From positions 96,001-160,000 of the forward strand of contig CAVYYZ010000011.1 in NCBI GenBank assembly GCA_963772835.1: DNA of 64,000 bases. The letters are read 5' to 3'. How positions within the stretch are numbered: the first letter of the stretch is position 1; every line of letters begins with the position of its first letter. Both the position numbers and the translations under genes were made by a program. This document shows positions 49,049 to 60,078 of this stretch, piece after piece. The DNA is from an uncultured delta proteobacterium (GTDB taxonomy: Bacteria; Desulfobacterota; Desulfuromonadia; Geobacterales; Pseudopelobacteraceae). A model generated the notes under the pieces. The model did not search any database. It had not been told where the DNA came from and saw nothing but the letters and a program-made list of their open reading frames with translations.

Positions 49049-50122
49049 ATGCGTAAAGAATCACTGAAATTTCTCGAACAGCTGCTTGATGCCCCCAGTC
49101 CCTCCGGCTATGAACAACCGGCGCAGCGTGTTTTTCGCGATTATGTCACTCCGTTTTGCGACGAAGTGACAACCGATGTCATGGGCAATGTCTTTGGCCG
49201 CATCAGCGGCAAGGGGAAAAATCTCCCCCGGGTGATGATTGTCGGCCATACGGATGAGATCGGGCTTCAGATCAAGTATATTGACGATAAAGGGTTTCTC
49301 TATTTTGCCGCTGTCGGCGGGGTTGATGCTCATTTGACTCCGGGCAAGCGGGTTTCAGTGCATACCGCGAACGGAGCGCTGCCGGGAGTCATCGGCAAAA
49401 AGCCGATTCATCTGATGGACAACAAGGACCGTGAAACGGTTGTCAAGCTGGAATCACAGTATATCGACATCGGTGCAGGCGACAAGAAAATCGCGCAGAA
49501 ACTGGTGAGGGTAGGGGATGCTGTTACCTTTGAGAGTGCCTTTACCCGTCTGCACGGCGATCTGGTCTCCTCACGCGGTTTTGACGACAAGGCCGGCTGC
49601 TTCGTAGTGGCCGAGGTGCTGCGGCAGGTGGCCGCTTCCGGCAAAAAACTCGCAGTTGACCTGTACGGAGTCTCTTCAGTTCAGGAAGAGATCGGTCTGC
49701 GCGGTGGTACCACCAGCTGCTACACAGTCAATCCTGATGTCGGAATCTGTGTTGAGGTTGATTTCGCCACGGATCAGCCGGATGTGGAGAAAAAACACAA
49801 CGGCGAAGTCGCCCTGGGCAAAGGACCGATTCTGGCCCGCGGTGCCAATATCAACCCGCACCTGTTTGATTTGTTGTCGTCAACAGCGGGGAAAGAAAAG
49901 ATTGCGATCCAGCATACCGCCACCCCCCGAGCCACCGGCACTGATGCCAATGTTATGCAGATTTCGCGAGGCGGTGTGGCGACTGCGCTGGTCAAAATTC
50001 CGCTGCGCTACATGCACACCCCGGTTGAGACCCTCTCGCTGGCAGACCTTGAAGATGCCGCACGATTGATTGTTGCGACACTCGGGCGGATTTCCTCCAG
50101 GGAGGAGTTTGTCCCGCGATGA
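49049..50122 (+). CDS. M42 family metallopeptidase
   Basis: SPSGYE, GHTDEIG, FDDKAG, QEEIGLRG and RYMHTP. Confidence 0.92.
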   Translation: MRKESLKFLEQLLDAPSPSGYEQPAQRVFRDYVTPFCDEVTTDVMGNVFGRISGKGKNLPRVMIVGHTDEIGLQIKYIDDKGFLYFAAVGGVDAHLTPGKRVSVHTANGALPGVIGKKPIHLMDNKDRETVVKLESQYIDIGAGDKKIAQKLVRVGDAVTFESAFTRLHGDLVSSRGFDDKAGCFVVAEVLRQVAASGKKLAVDLYGVSSVQEEIGLRGGTTSCYTVNPDVGICVEVDFATDQPDVEKKHNGEVALGKGPILARGANINPHLFDLLSSTAGKEKIAIQHTATPRATGTDANVMQISRGGVATALVKIPLRYMHTPVETLSLADLEDAARLIVATLGRISSREEFVPR

Positions 50123-50305
50123 CGAACGTGGATTTCCCCGCTGCATAAAATCATATCTGCTGAAAACGGACCGTCATGGAGCGGAACAGAAATGTATAAT
50201 AAACCACGGTTAATACTCATATTAAGTATACAAAACAGCCGGACCATTTCCCTTGACTTGACCGGTTCGCTGTACTAACTTCTCTCAATTATCATCAGCA
50301 AGGAG

Positions 50306-51781
50306 ATGTCCATGCACTATGACAAACTGACCGAAGGGTTGACCTTCGATGATGTCCTGCTCGTTCCTGCCCATTCACTGATTCTCCCCCGAGATGCCAA
50401 CCTTACGACCCGGATTTCCCGCAACATACATCTGAATATCCCGCTGGTGAGTGCTGCCATGGATACGGTCACCGAGGCGCGCACCGCGATCTGCATGGCC
50501 CGGGAAGGGGGGCTTGGTATTATTCACAAGAACCTCACGATTGAGGCTCAGGCGTATGAAGTCGATAAAGTGAAAAAGAGCGAATCCGGCATGATCGTTG
50601 ATCCGATCACCATGCGTCCGACGCAGAAAATCAGCGAAGCTCTCGACATCATGCGGCGCTATCGCATTTCCGGTGTCCCGGTCACCAAGGCCAACGGCAA
50701 GTTGGTGGGAATTTTGACCAATCGTGACCTGCGTTTTGAAACCGATTTTGATCTGCCGATTTCCGAACGTATGACAAAACGAAATCTGGTGACAGTGGAA
50801 GTCGGCACGACTCTGGAACAGGCAAAGGAGCATCTGAAGCATACGCGGGTGGAAAAGCTGCTGGTTGTCGATAATGAACGCTTTCTGAAAGGGCTGATCA
50901 CCATCAAGGATATTGAAAAAGTGAAAAAATATCCCTTTGCCTGCAAGGACAGCCTCGGTCGCCTGAGGGTCGGTGCTGCCGTCGGTCCGACTGCTGAAAT
51001 GGAAGCACGCATCGAGGCTTTGATCAAGGCGGGTGTGGACGTGATCGTTATTGATACCGCGCATGGTCATTCCCAGGGGGTAATCGAAGCGGTGCAGCGT
51101 GCGAAGTCAACATTCCCGGGTGTGGAAATAATCGCCGGGAATATCGCTACTGCGGAGGCTGCGGAAGCCTTGATCAAAGCCGGTGCAGACGGAATAAAGG
51201 TCGGCATCGGACCCGGTTCGATCTGCACGACACGTATCGTGGCAGGTGTCGGAGTCCCCCAGATAACTGCAATCCATGAATGTGCCCGTATGGCGCACAA
51301 ATATGACGTTCCGGTTATTGCCGACGGCGGCATCAAGTATTCCGGTGATCTTCCCAAGGCCGTAACGGCAGGTGCCGACTGCATCATGATCGGCTCCCTG
51401 TTCGCCGGAACCGAGGAGTCCCCCGGTGATACCGTCCTGTACCAGGGGCGTACCTACAAAAGCTATCGCGGAATGGGTTCCATCGGTGCCATGAAAGACG
51501 GCAGCAAGGATCGCTATTTCCAGTCGGACGTCGGTGATGACGTCAAACTGGTGCCGGAAGGGATCGAAGGCATGGTGCCGCTGCGCGGGCCCCTCTCTGC
51601 CAATATTCACCAGTTGCTCGGAGGACTCCGTTCCGGAATGGGGTACACCGGGTGCGGAACCATCAAGGAGCTGCAGGATAACGGGCGTTTTATCCGCATC
51701 ACCGGAGCCGGGCTCAAAGAATCTCATGTCCACGATGTCACCATCACAAAAGAAGCGCCTAACTACCGTGTCGGCAGCTGA
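50306..51781 (+). CDS. guaB: IMP dehydrogenase
   Basis: [26 protein letters not shown] and CBS pair. Confidence 0.98.
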   Translation: MSMHYDKLTEGLTFDDVLLVPAHSLILPRDANLTTRISRNIHLNIPLVSAAMDTVTEARTAICMAREGGLGIIHKNLTIEAQAYEVDKVKKSESGMIVDPITMRPTQKISEALDIMRRYRISGVPVTKANGKLVGILTNRDLRFETDFDLPISERMTKRNLVTVEVGTTLEQAKEHLKHTRVEKLLVVDNERFLKGLITIKDIEKVKKYPFACKDSLGRLRVGAAVGPTAEMEARIEALIKAGVDVIVIDTAHGHSQGVIEAVQRAKSTFPGVEIIAGNIATAEAAEALIKAGADGIKVGIGPGSICTTRIVAGVGVPQITAIHECARMAHKYDVPVIADGGIKYSGDLPKAVTAGADCIMIGSLFAGTEESPGDTVLYQGRTYKSYRGMGSIGAMKDGSKDRYFQSDVGDDVKLVPEGIEGMVPLRGPLSANIHQLLGGLRSGMGYTGCGTIKELQDNGRFIRITGAGLKESHVHDVTITKEAPNYRVGS

Positions 51782-51858
51782 CACCCCTGAACGCTACGTG
51801 CCCCGGAGCCTCTAACCGGGGCATATAACGTCCGTCCTGATTTTAACGAAAGGTTGCC

Positions 51859-53418
51859 ATGTCAGACATTCACAGCCAGAAAATCCTGATTCTTGATTTC
51901 GGTTCCCAATATACTCAGTTGATCGCCCGGCGTGTCCGGGAAGCTCATGTCTATTGCGAGCTGCACCCGTTCGATATGGAGCTCGCAGCAATCCGCACGT
52001 TTGCTCCCAGCGGGATCATCCTTTCCGGTGGCCCATGCTCTGTATATGACCCCGGGGCTCCTTCCGTTGCTGAAGAACTGTTTGAACTCGGTGTGCCGGT
52101 ACTCGGTATCTGCTACGGCATGCAGCTGATGAGCCGTCACTTCGGCGGTGACGTCGTACCGGCCGGAAAACGTGAATTCGGACACGCTGAGCTGCTCTCA
52201 GCCGGGAAGCCCGGGCCGCTTTTTGCCGGTTTCTTTATCGATGGTTCCAGCCCGGTCTGGATGAGTCATGGTGATCATGTCGCTCGCGTGCCGGACGGGT
52301 TCGAAGTCGTCGCCGAAACCGCTAACGCACCGGTCTGCGCCATTCAGGATGTCGGCAGGAATCTTTACGGGGTACAGTTTCACCCCGAAGTCAATCATAC
52401 GCCGCGCGGCGAACAGTTTATCGACACGTTTGTGCGGCAGATCTGCGGGTGCAGCGGACAATGGACACCCGGTCAGATTATCGAGGATTCGATTGAACGA
52501 ATCCGTTGCACGGTCGGGAGTGATACTGTCATTCTCGGGCTCTCCGGCGGTGTTGACTCTTCAGTCGCCGCAGCACTGATTCATCGCGCTATCGGTGATC
52601 AGCTGACCTGCGTTTTTGTCGACAATGGTCTGTTGCGTCTGGGGGAGGGCGATCAGGTCATGGCGACCTTCGCTCTTAACCTTGGAGTCAGAGTAATCCG
52701 GGTAGATGCCGAGGAGCGCTTCCTCTCTGCTCTGGCAGGCGTACGTGATCCGGAGAAAAAGCGCAAAATCATCGGCGGACTGTTTGTCGATATTTTCGAA
52801 GAGCAGTCGAAGCTGGTCAAAAATGCAAACTGGCTGGCCCAGGGGACCATCTATCCCGATGTCATTGAATCTGCCGGCGCAAAAACCGGCAAGGCGCAAA
52901 ATATCAAGAGTCATCACAATGTCGGCGGATTGCCGGATTATATGAAGCTCAAGCTCCTTGAGCCGCTCAGAGAGCTGTTCAAGGACGAGGTGCGGGCGAT
53001 CGGGGAGGAACTTGGTCTGCCCCGTCAGATGGTCTGGCGCCACCCGTTTCCCGGCCCCGGCCTTGGAGTGCGGATTCTCGGCGAAGTAAAAAAAGAGTAC
53101 TGCGATATTCTGCGCAGTGCTGATGCCATATATATCGAAGAGCTCTATTCCTCCGGACATTATGACAAGATCAGTCAGGCGTTTGCCGTATTTCTGCCGG
53201 TAAAGAGTGTCGGAGTCATGGGAGACGGCCGCACGTACGAGTATGTAGTGGCATTACGGGCGGTGGAAACCAAAGATTTCATGACCGCCGGCTGGTATCC
53301 AATGCCGTATGAGGATCTGGCCCGCATCAGCGGACGAATCATTAATGAGGTTAAGGGGATCAACCGGGTCGTCTATGATATATCCAGCAAACCTCCTGCT
53401 ACTATCGAGTGGGAGTAG
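51859..53418 (+). CDS. guaA: GMP synthase (glutamine-hydrolysing)
   Basis: [30 protein letters not shown] and KPPATIEWE. Confidence 0.98.
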   Translation: MSDIHSQKILILDFGSQYTQLIARRVREAHVYCELHPFDMELAAIRTFAPSGIILSGGPCSVYDPGAPSVAEELFELGVPVLGICYGMQLMSRHFGGDVVPAGKREFGHAELLSAGKPGPLFAGFFIDGSSPVWMSHGDHVARVPDGFEVVAETANAPVCAIQDVGRNLYGVQFHPEVNHTPRGEQFIDTFVRQICGCSGQWTPGQIIEDSIERIRCTVGSDTVILGLSGGVDSSVAAALIHRAIGDQLTCVFVDNGLLRLGEGDQVMATFALNLGVRVIRVDAEERFLSALAGVRDPEKKRKIIGGLFVDIFEEQSKLVKNANWLAQGTIYPDVIESAGAKTGKAQNIKSHHNVGGLPDYMKLKLLEPLRELFKDEVRAIGEELGLPRQMVWRHPFPGPGLGVRILGEVKKEYCDILRSADAIYIEELYSSGHYDKISQAFAVFLPVKSVGVMGDGRTYEYVVALRAVETKDFMTAGWYPMPYEDLARISGRIINEVKGINRVVYDISSKPPATIEWE

Positions 53419-53721
53419 CAGGCTCTCTGCCTGTACCGTGGCAGGTCATTCAGGCACCATTCCGGGCCGGAATGAAATGAGAATAGTAAAAGTTAATTTG
53501 TGTTGACTTTTTATTTATACTCAATTAAAGATCAAAACAATCATTTTTGTTGTATTAAAAAATAAAAATATGACCGCCGTTATGACGGTTATACCGTCTG
53601 GGCTTGCCGGATGAAGAATGTCTGATATACTCTCGGCAGACCATGATCCGCCGCAGAGATGCGTAAAAAAATCACATCTGATTAGCAGGATACGTTCCAG
53701 CCTACAAAAAGGAGCAGAAGC

Positions 53722-55122
53722 ATGAAAGCACCAACGCGGTATGTGGATGACTCGGTAAAGGGTTTCATCATCTGGAGCATCATCTGGGGGACGATTGCTG
53801 TCGTGGTCGGAATCGTAATCTCCCTGCAGCTGGCATGGCCCGGGCTGAATGTTGCCCCCTATCTGACCTATGGCCGTCTGCGGCCGATCCACACGAATGC
53901 CGGCATTTTCGGCTGGGGCATCGGCAGTTTCATCGCCATGTTCTTCTACATTACCCAACGGCTGACCAAAACACCGCTCTGGAGCCCGAAGCTGGCCCGG
54001 GTGACGCTCTGGATCTTTAATGTCGCCATCGCATCCGCTGCCGTAACACTGGCCATGGGGTTTAACCGCACCAAAGAGTACGCCGAACTGGAATGGCCTC
54101 TGGCGATCGTAGTTGCCATTCTCTGGGTGCTTTTTTCGATCAATGTGTTTATGACGATCCTCAAGCGTAAAGAAGAGCAGATGTATATCTCGCTCTGGTA
54201 CATCATGGCGGCTCTTGTCGGAGTAACAGTATTGTATGTTGTCAACAATCTGGGGATGCCGCTCAACCTGTTCAAATCCTACTCGGCCTTCGCGGGTACG
54301 AATGATGCCAATGTTCAGTGGTGGTACGGACATAATGCCGTTGCCATGGTTCTAACGGTGCCGCCCCTAGCCATATTTTATTACTTTCTCCCGAAAATCA
54401 CCGGTAATCCGATCTACAGCCACCGTATGGGAATCATCGCCTTCTGGTCTCTGATCTTCATGTATCTCTGGACCGGTGCGCACCATCTGCTCTGGACACC
54501 GGTACCTGACTGGATTCAGACCGTGGCGATGGCGTTCTCGATCATGCTGATTGCCCCCTCCTGGGGGGCTGTCATGAACGGGTATCTGACCATGAACGGT
54601 CAGTGGGAAAAAATGAAGAGTAATTATCTCGTCAAATTCATGATCGTCGGTATCACCTTCTACGGCTTGCAGACGCTGCAGGGGCCGATGCAGGCGGTTC
54701 GCTCCTTCTCCGCTTTTATCCATTACACCGACTGGGTTCCCGGGCACGTCCATATGGGTACCATGGGCTGGGTCTCCATGGTGCTGTTCGGCGCCACGTA
54801 TTATGTGACGACCGTGTTGAGCGATACTGAAATCTACAGTGAAAAGCTGGCTAATACACACTTCTGGCTGGTTCTGGTCGGCCAGTTGATCTATTCCATC
54901 ACCATGTGGATCGCCGGGGTTCAGCAGGGGAGTATGCTTCTTGCCACAAATCCTGACGGAACACTGCACTACAGTTTTATGGAAACCATGATCGCCATCT
55001 TTCCCTATTACAAGATCAGGGCGGTCAGCGGATTTATTTATCTGGCCGGGTTAGCGCTGTTTATTTACAACATTTACAAAACCTTCCAGAAGGGTGCTGA
55101 TTCACAGTCTGCCAAGGCATAA
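53722..55122 (+). CDS. ccoN: cbb3-type cytochrome c oxidase subunit I
   Basis: GRLRPIHTN, WWYGHNAV, YLWTGAHHL (C-family cross-link Tyr) and HYTDWVPGHVH. Confidence 0.92.
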   Translation: MKAPTRYVDDSVKGFIIWSIIWGTIAVVVGIVISLQLAWPGLNVAPYLTYGRLRPIHTNAGIFGWGIGSFIAMFFYITQRLTKTPLWSPKLARVTLWIFNVAIASAAVTLAMGFNRTKEYAELEWPLAIVVAILWVLFSINVFMTILKRKEEQMYISLWYIMAALVGVTVLYVVNNLGMPLNLFKSYSAFAGTNDANVQWWYGHNAVAMVLTVPPLAIFYYFLPKITGNPIYSHRMGIIAFWSLIFMYLWTGAHHLLWTPVPDWIQTVAMAFSIMLIAPSWGAVMNGYLTMNGQWEKMKSNYLVKFMIVGITFYGLQTLQGPMQAVRSFSAFIHYTDWVPGHVHMGTMGWVSMVLFGATYYVTTVLSDTEIYSEKLANTHFWLVLVGQLIYSITMWIAGVQQGSMLLATNPDGTLHYSFMETMIAIFPYYKIRAVSGFIYLAGLALFIYNIYKTFQKGADSQSAKA

Positions 55123-55150
55123 CAAATTTAATACAAACGAGGACGATACC

Positions 55151-56032
55151 ATGTTGGAAAAAAATCCCGTTATCTTCATAATTCTGGCCTTTGTGGTAAT
55201 TATGATCGGCACTACGATTACCATGATTGCTCCCTTCAAGTGGATCAACGGCGCCGGTGACCGGATTGCCGAGGTAAAACCGTATACTCCGCTGCAGCAG
55301 GAAGGGCGGGACCTGTATATGCGAGAAGGGTGCAATAACTGCCATTCCCAGACGGTGCGCACGCTGGCTGCAGATGTTGAGCGCTACGGAAACGGCGGCG
55401 GCTACTCGAAGTCCGGTGAATTTGTCTATGACCGGCCGCATCTGTGGGGTTCACGCCGCACCGGTCCTGATCTGGCCCGCATCGGCCTGAAATACCCTGA
55501 CCCGAAAGGGGCCTGGCATCGTAAGCATATGGAGAATCCGCAGTCGGTCGTGCCTGCCTCCAATATGCCGTCCTATGCATTCCTGAACCAGCCGCTTGAT
55601 ACCACCTATTCCGAGCGTAAGATGAAGCTGCTCAAGTTTCCCTATACTCAGGCCGATCTGGATGATCTTAAAGGCAGGAGCGAGATGGATGCCATCATCG
55701 CCTACATGCGTAAGCTGGGCACTGATATTCCAGTTAAAAAAGCCGAAGCTGCGACAGGAGGAGCGGTCACCGGAAGCAATCCGTTCACCGATCTGAAGGC
55801 TGTTGAAGGAGAGGCAGGTTCTCTTTACAAACAGCACTGCGCCTCGTGTCACGGGGAGACTCGTCAAGGAACACTCGGACCTGCACTGAAAGGTTCTGCC
55901 AGAGCTGATGCCGACCTGTTCAAAATTATCTCTCAAGGGATTACGGCTAACGGCATGCCCGCTTTTAGCAGCTCACTTGATGACGTGAAAATATGGAAGC
56001 TGGTGACATATATCAAGCTGGATACAAAGTGA
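55151..56032 (+). CDS. ccoO: cbb3 oxidase subunit II fused to an extra c-type cytochrome domain
   Basis: EGCNNCHSQ, WGSRRTGPDLAR, SNMPSY; second heme site CASCH...GMPAF. Confidence 0.9.
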   Translation: MLEKNPVIFIILAFVVIMIGTTITMIAPFKWINGAGDRIAEVKPYTPLQQEGRDLYMREGCNNCHSQTVRTLAADVERYGNGGGYSKSGEFVYDRPHLWGSRRTGPDLARIGLKYPDPKGAWHRKHMENPQSVVPASNMPSYAFLNQPLDTTYSERKMKLLKFPYTQADLDDLKGRSEMDAIIAYMRKLGTDIPVKKAEAATGGAVTGSNPFTDLKAVEGEAGSLYKQHCASCHGETRQGTLGPALKGSARADADLFKIISQGITANGMPAFSSSLDDVKIWKLVTYIKLDTK

Positions 56033-56172
56033 TGATTGATACACGGTTTGTATTTCTGCTGTTAACAGGTTTTCTTCTGGCGATTCTTGTTGCTATTGCT
56101 GTTGTGACGTTACAAAAGAACCGGAAGCGGAAACTCGAAGAACCGAAGCACCGGATGCTCGAAGACGATTAA
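56032..56172 (+). CDS. ccoQ: small cbb3 subunit (CcoQ-like), not in the ORF track
   Basis: 46 aa, single TM then KRKLEEPKHRMLEDD; coupled to the ccoO stop; lies between ccoO and ccoP. Confidence 0.7.
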   Translation: MIDTRFVFLLLTGFLLAILVAIAVVTLQKNRKRKLEEPKHRMLEDD

Positions 56173-56231
56173 CCGGCTTCTCTTCCGGGGTTTCCGAATG
56201 GATGCCAATAACTTTTACAAGGAGTTGATAT

Positions 56232-56723
56232 ATGTCAGAACAGCATGAGTATGATGGAATAAAATATCGGGAAGAAAAAAGTTCCCCCGGCGCCTTTCGG
56301 GTTCTTTTTGCCGTGCTGGCCGTATGGGGAGTCATGTATATGGGGTACTATCTGTTCAGCGGCTGGAGCTCTCAGGCCGAAGCAGATGCGGCAAAAAAAG
56401 CGCGCGACGATCAGAAAAAGAGCGCCCATCTGGCAGTAGAGACGACCGGAGCAGGATATGCCGGTAGCGGTCACAAAATTGAACTGTACGTCGCAGCCGG
56501 TAAAAAACTGTATGGATCTCTCTGCGTCGGCTGCCATGGTGAAAGTGCCAAAGGGGGCGTCGGTCCTGATCTGACGGTCTCGACATATAAATACGGCAAG
56601 TCGAGACTTGATATAGCAAAAACCATTTCAGAAGGTCGCCCGGGGGGCATGCCTTCATTCAGCAGTCAGTTCGACAAGGAACAGATTGAAAGTCTTGTTG
56701 AATATATACTGACTCTGAAATAA
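56232..56723 (+). CDS. ccoP: cbb3 oxidase subunit III, short monoheme form
   Basis: N-terminal HEYDGI, TM, one CVGCH, GPDL and GGMPSF. Confidence 0.85.
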   Translation: MSEQHEYDGIKYREEKSSPGAFRVLFAVLAVWGVMYMGYYLFSGWSSQAEADAAKKARDDQKKSAHLAVETTGAGYAGSGHKIELYVAAGKKLYGSLCVGCHGESAKGGVGPDLTVSTYKYGKSRLDIAKTISEGRPGGMPSFSSQFDKEQIESLVEYILTLK

Positions 56724-56771
56724 GCCGCCCGCTGCGATAAAACTGTGTAATACATAAACGATATCAAGAAT

Positions 56772-56830
56772 AAAATAGCTCTCTGTTTGTACCGGCACAA
56801 ACGCCGATACAAATAGAGAGTTTTTTATTT
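56772..56830 (+). terminator. long hairpin plus T tract after the cco operon
   Basis: CTCTCTGTTTGTACCGGC...GCCGATACAAATAGAGAG followed by TTTTTTATTT. Confidence 0.65.
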
Positions 56831-56984
56831 CCAATTGTGCCGGAAACGGTACAATGCGTCACGTCGTGCCAGGGGGGTCGAAAGAACTCTCCCGTACATG
56901 GCCCGCATCACTGTTTTTGATGGTGCGGAAGATGTACGAACCGAACCGGTTAATTCACATTATCCTGAGTACCAAGGAGAAAGT

Positions 56985-57530
56985 ATGCCACGGATCCAGT
57001 ACCTGCCAATTGACATCGACAGCCCTGCAGAAATTGTATCAGCGATTCGTGTCCGCAGAGGCGGTGCGTTGCTTAATCTCGACCGTATGCTGCTTCATAG
57101 TCCGCCTTTCGCACAAGGGTGGAACGGATTTCTGCGTGAGGTTCGAAGCGGTCTGAGCCTCTCTCCTAAACTTCGCGAACTGGCGATATGCGGCGTTGCG
57201 GTGTTAAACGGTGCTGAATATGAGTTTCTCCATCACGTGCCCGAATTTATGAAGGCCGGAGGCACCGCTGCCCAGGTCGAAGCGCTTCGTGATTTAGAAG
57301 CTGCCGCGGGCGAATTGTCTCTCTTTGACGCCGCCGAGCGTGCGGTGATCCGGCTCGCTTCTGAGATGACGCACGGGGTGCAGGTGTGCGACAGCACGTT
57401 TGCTGCATCGAAAAGTGCACTGCCCGATGAACAGAGTCTGGTCGAACTGGTGGGGGTCATTGCTGCGTACAATATGGTGTCGCGTTTTCTTGTCGCCCTG
57501 GGAGTGGAGCCGGAAGGCGGTGTGGTGTAG
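56985..57530 (+). CDS. carboxymuconolactone decarboxylase/AhpD-like protein
   Basis: AAGGAG RBS; 'LNLDRMLLHSP', 'LRELAI', 'EYEFLHH', 'YNMVSRFL'. Confidence 0.85.
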   Translation: MPRIQYLPIDIDSPAEIVSAIRVRRGGALLNLDRMLLHSPPFAQGWNGFLREVRSGLSLSPKLRELAICGVAVLNGAEYEFLHHVPEFMKAGGTAAQVEALRDLEAAAGELSLFDAAERAVIRLASEMTHGVQVCDSTFAASKSALPDEQSLVELVGVIAAYNMVSRFLVALGVEPEGGVV

Positions 57531-57555
57531 GAATCTGTTCCGGAAGTTTTCCCAA

Positions 57556-57581
57556 AATCTGTGCGGAAATCCGCACAGATT
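57556..57581. promoter_or_regulatory. candidate enhancer-binding-protein site
   Basis: Perfect inverted repeat AATCTGTGCGG-AAAT-CCGCACAGATT about 110 bp upstream of a sigma54 promoter; no T tail. Confidence 0.55.
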
Positions 57582-57689
57582 CCACTCCGCATTCCGGAAA
57601 TCGGCATGACTGCCTGCTCTCACGACTTGACGTTCTTCATAAACTGATTATTATAACGCTGTATTTTATTTTTTTATTATTAGTTATAC

Positions 57690-57705
57690 TGGCATACAGA
57701 TTGCT
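57690..57705 (+). promoter_or_regulatory. sigma54 promoter of the TRAP operon
   Basis: TGGCATACAGATTGCT, near consensus; AT-rich tract just upstream. Confidence 0.8.
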
Positions 57706-57857
57706 TTGATTATGAGTTAGAAAGAGGTGCACTCCACAAGAGAGAACTGTGTTATGGAACTCGCAGTACTCTACTGCATCGCTGCTACAAATCCGGCTGC
57801 CGACCAGTCACACCACATGTTCAGGATTTTCTGCTCAAATCGAAAGGAATCAGCAAA

Positions 57858-60014
57858 ATGGAAATGCACACCGAAACCATTGACGAAAGCAGATTCAACC
57901 GTTTCATTATCACCCCCATCCTGGTCATCGCCAGTCTCTACAGTATCTATCTGGTGATACACCCCTACACGCCGTTCGCAAAGATGTCCATCTCGATCCT
58001 GGATCTCACCCAGCTCCAACGGGCCACCCACGTTTTTTTCCTTCTTGTAACCGGATATCTGCTCTCCTCATGTCGAACCAGACACGACAAAGCCGGAATC
58101 GGTTCATATGTCTTTGCAATCATGGCCATCTTACCGCTGTATGCCTTCTGGAAGATCGGTCTCAGCCCGAAACTCAATATCTTCGCATCGCTCTTCTGGC
58201 TGACGGCTATTCTGCCGGCACTCTATCCCCGATCGGGGCGGTGGATGGACAAGCTGGGGGCCCTTCTGGTATGTGTCCCTTATCTCTATCAAGTGATCAT
58301 GTTCAAGGACATCATCGATCGGGCCATGATTCCGGAGCCGTGGGACCTGGTAATGGCGTTCGGTCTGACAATGCTGCTGCTCGGACAGGTGTACCGCTAC
58401 ACCGGGCCGATCCTCCCCTGCCTGGTGCTGACATTTCTCCTCTATAACCTGCATGGCAATCTGTTCACCGGTATCCTTGCCCACGCTTCTTTTGACTTTG
58501 ACCTGCTGCTGGCAAAGCTGTTCAGTGAAACCGAAGCCGGTCTGTTCGGCATGATAACCGGCGTCTCCCTGAAATATCTGGTCTACTTCACCATCCTCGG
58601 GGGGATTATCGGTGCCCTGAATCTGGGGCGCATCATCGGAAACATTGCATCAATGGCCGCCGGCAGGAGGCCTGACGGTCCGGGCATCGTTACGGTTATA
58701 GCCTCCATCTTCATGGGAATGTTCAGCGGTTCGGGCGCAGCCGATACTCAATTCGTGTCAACGATCAGTAAACCGATGTTTGAAAAAGGGGGGTATGAAC
58801 GGTACGAAGCCGCAGGTATAGCGGCCACATCCGGCACCATTGCCATGATAACCCCGCCCGTACTCGGCTCCATGGCATTTGTCATGGTGGAGATACTCGC
58901 TATCCCCTATTTTTGGATCTGTATCATGGCCTTGGGGCCGATGCTGCTCTATGTCGTCGCTATCCTTTCTTACAACTATCTCTATGTCAAAAAGATGGGG
59001 ATCAAGCCTGTCGAAGGGGAAGAGCAGTACGGCGGAAAATATTTCCGCCGCTATTGCCACATATTCCTGCCGATCTTGTTTATCGTCGGGTTCATCTATT
59101 ATGGCTACTCGGTCAGCCTTGCCGTGGTCGGCGCAATCGCTCTCTTTGTGCTCTTAAGCTATCTGGACCCCACCCTCCGCCCCAAGAGCCCGTTGGTGTT
59201 AATCAAGGGTCTGGCAATCGGTTTCTCCTCACTGATTCCGATCGGCACGGCTGTAATCTGCGCCAACCTGATCCTGACCCTGATGGTCATGACCGGCCTG
59301 CCTAATAAATTTTCCCAGTTTCTGACCATGATTTCCGGGGAGAGCCTGATTTTGGCAACCCTTTTTGCCGCCGTTTTCACACTGCTGCTCGGAATGGGAA
59401 TCCCTCCGACTGCCACCTACGTCGTGGCTTCATCCCTGACAGCCCCCGCCATTATCGGTGTCGCCATCGGTAATGGCATACCGCCGGAAGCGGCTCTGCT
59501 CTCCACCCATATGTTCCTGATGTATTACGCTGTCCTGGCCGACGTTACCCCTCCGGTGGCTCTCTCCGCCTATGCCGCATCCTCGGTGTTCAAGACCGAT
59601 CCGCTGAAGACGGGGATCTATGCGGCCAAGGTGGCCCTGCCCAAATATCTGCTCGGCTTCTCTTTTCTTCTGGCCTATCAGGGGACGGCACTGCTGATCA
59701 TCCCGATGTGGCGCACCGCTTCCATGTTTGATACGGTGTCGAGCTTTCTCCTCCGCCTGGCGTTTGTGTCGGCCGGCGCGGTATGCATGGCGGCAGCAAC
59801 GGTCGGCTATTCCCGGCGCCCTCTGTTCAGGTGGGAGTCCTGGACCCTCGGCATCCTGGCTCTCGGTTTATTTGTTCCGTTTCTATGGCTCAACCTGGCA
59901 GTTCTTATTCTTTCGACCTGGTTTTTCATAGGGAAAAAAAGCGATTCACTGGGCGATGAGGCCCCCGCACCCTGCGATACCTGTCCGACCGCCGAACAGG
60001 GATCCGGAGGGTAA
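57858..60014 (+). CDS. TAXI-type TRAP transporter fused permease
   Basis: Many TMs, 'PPVLGSMAF', 'LGMGIPPTATY', 'ADVTPPVALSAYA'. Confidence 0.9.
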   Translation: MEMHTETIDESRFNRFIITPILVIASLYSIYLVIHPYTPFAKMSISILDLTQLQRATHVFFLLVTGYLLSSCRTRHDKAGIGSYVFAIMAILPLYAFWKIGLSPKLNIFASLFWLTAILPALYPRSGRWMDKLGALLVCVPYLYQVIMFKDIIDRAMIPEPWDLVMAFGLTMLLLGQVYRYTGPILPCLVLTFLLYNLHGNLFTGILAHASFDFDLLLAKLFSETEAGLFGMITGVSLKYLVYFTILGGIIGALNLGRIIGNIASMAAGRRPDGPGIVTVIASIFMGMFSGSGAADTQFVSTISKPMFEKGGYERYEAAGIAATSGTIAMITPPVLGSMAFVMVEILAIPYFWICIMALGPMLLYVVAILSYNYLYVKKMGIKPVEGEEQYGGKYFRRYCHIFLPILFIVGFIYYGYSVSLAVVGAIALFVLLSYLDPTLRPKSPLVLIKGLAIGFSSLIPIGTAVICANLILTLMVMTGLPNKFSQFLTMISGESLILATLFAAVFTLLLGMGIPPTATYVVASSLTAPAIIGVAIGNGIPPEAALLSTHMFLMYYAVLADVTPPVALSAYAASSVFKTDPLKTGIYAAKVALPKYLLGFSFLLAYQGTALLIIPMWRTASMFDTVSSFLLRLAFVSAGAVCMAAATVGYSRRPLFRWESWTLGILALGLFVPFLWLNLAVLILSTWFFIGKKSDSLGDEAPAPCDTCPTAEQGSGG

Positions 60015-60078
60015 TAATACATTCAGGACCGGATTGTTACATCTATTGTTAGCAGCAAAAAAAAAAGAGGAGGTATGT

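Noticed and set aside
53480..53570. FNR box upstream of ccoN
   Set aside because: Only an ATCAA half-site; no TTGAT-N4-ATCAA match.
53400..57530. Integrative element at the guaA 3' end
   Set aside because: No integrase and no second copy of the guaA terminus seen in the window.
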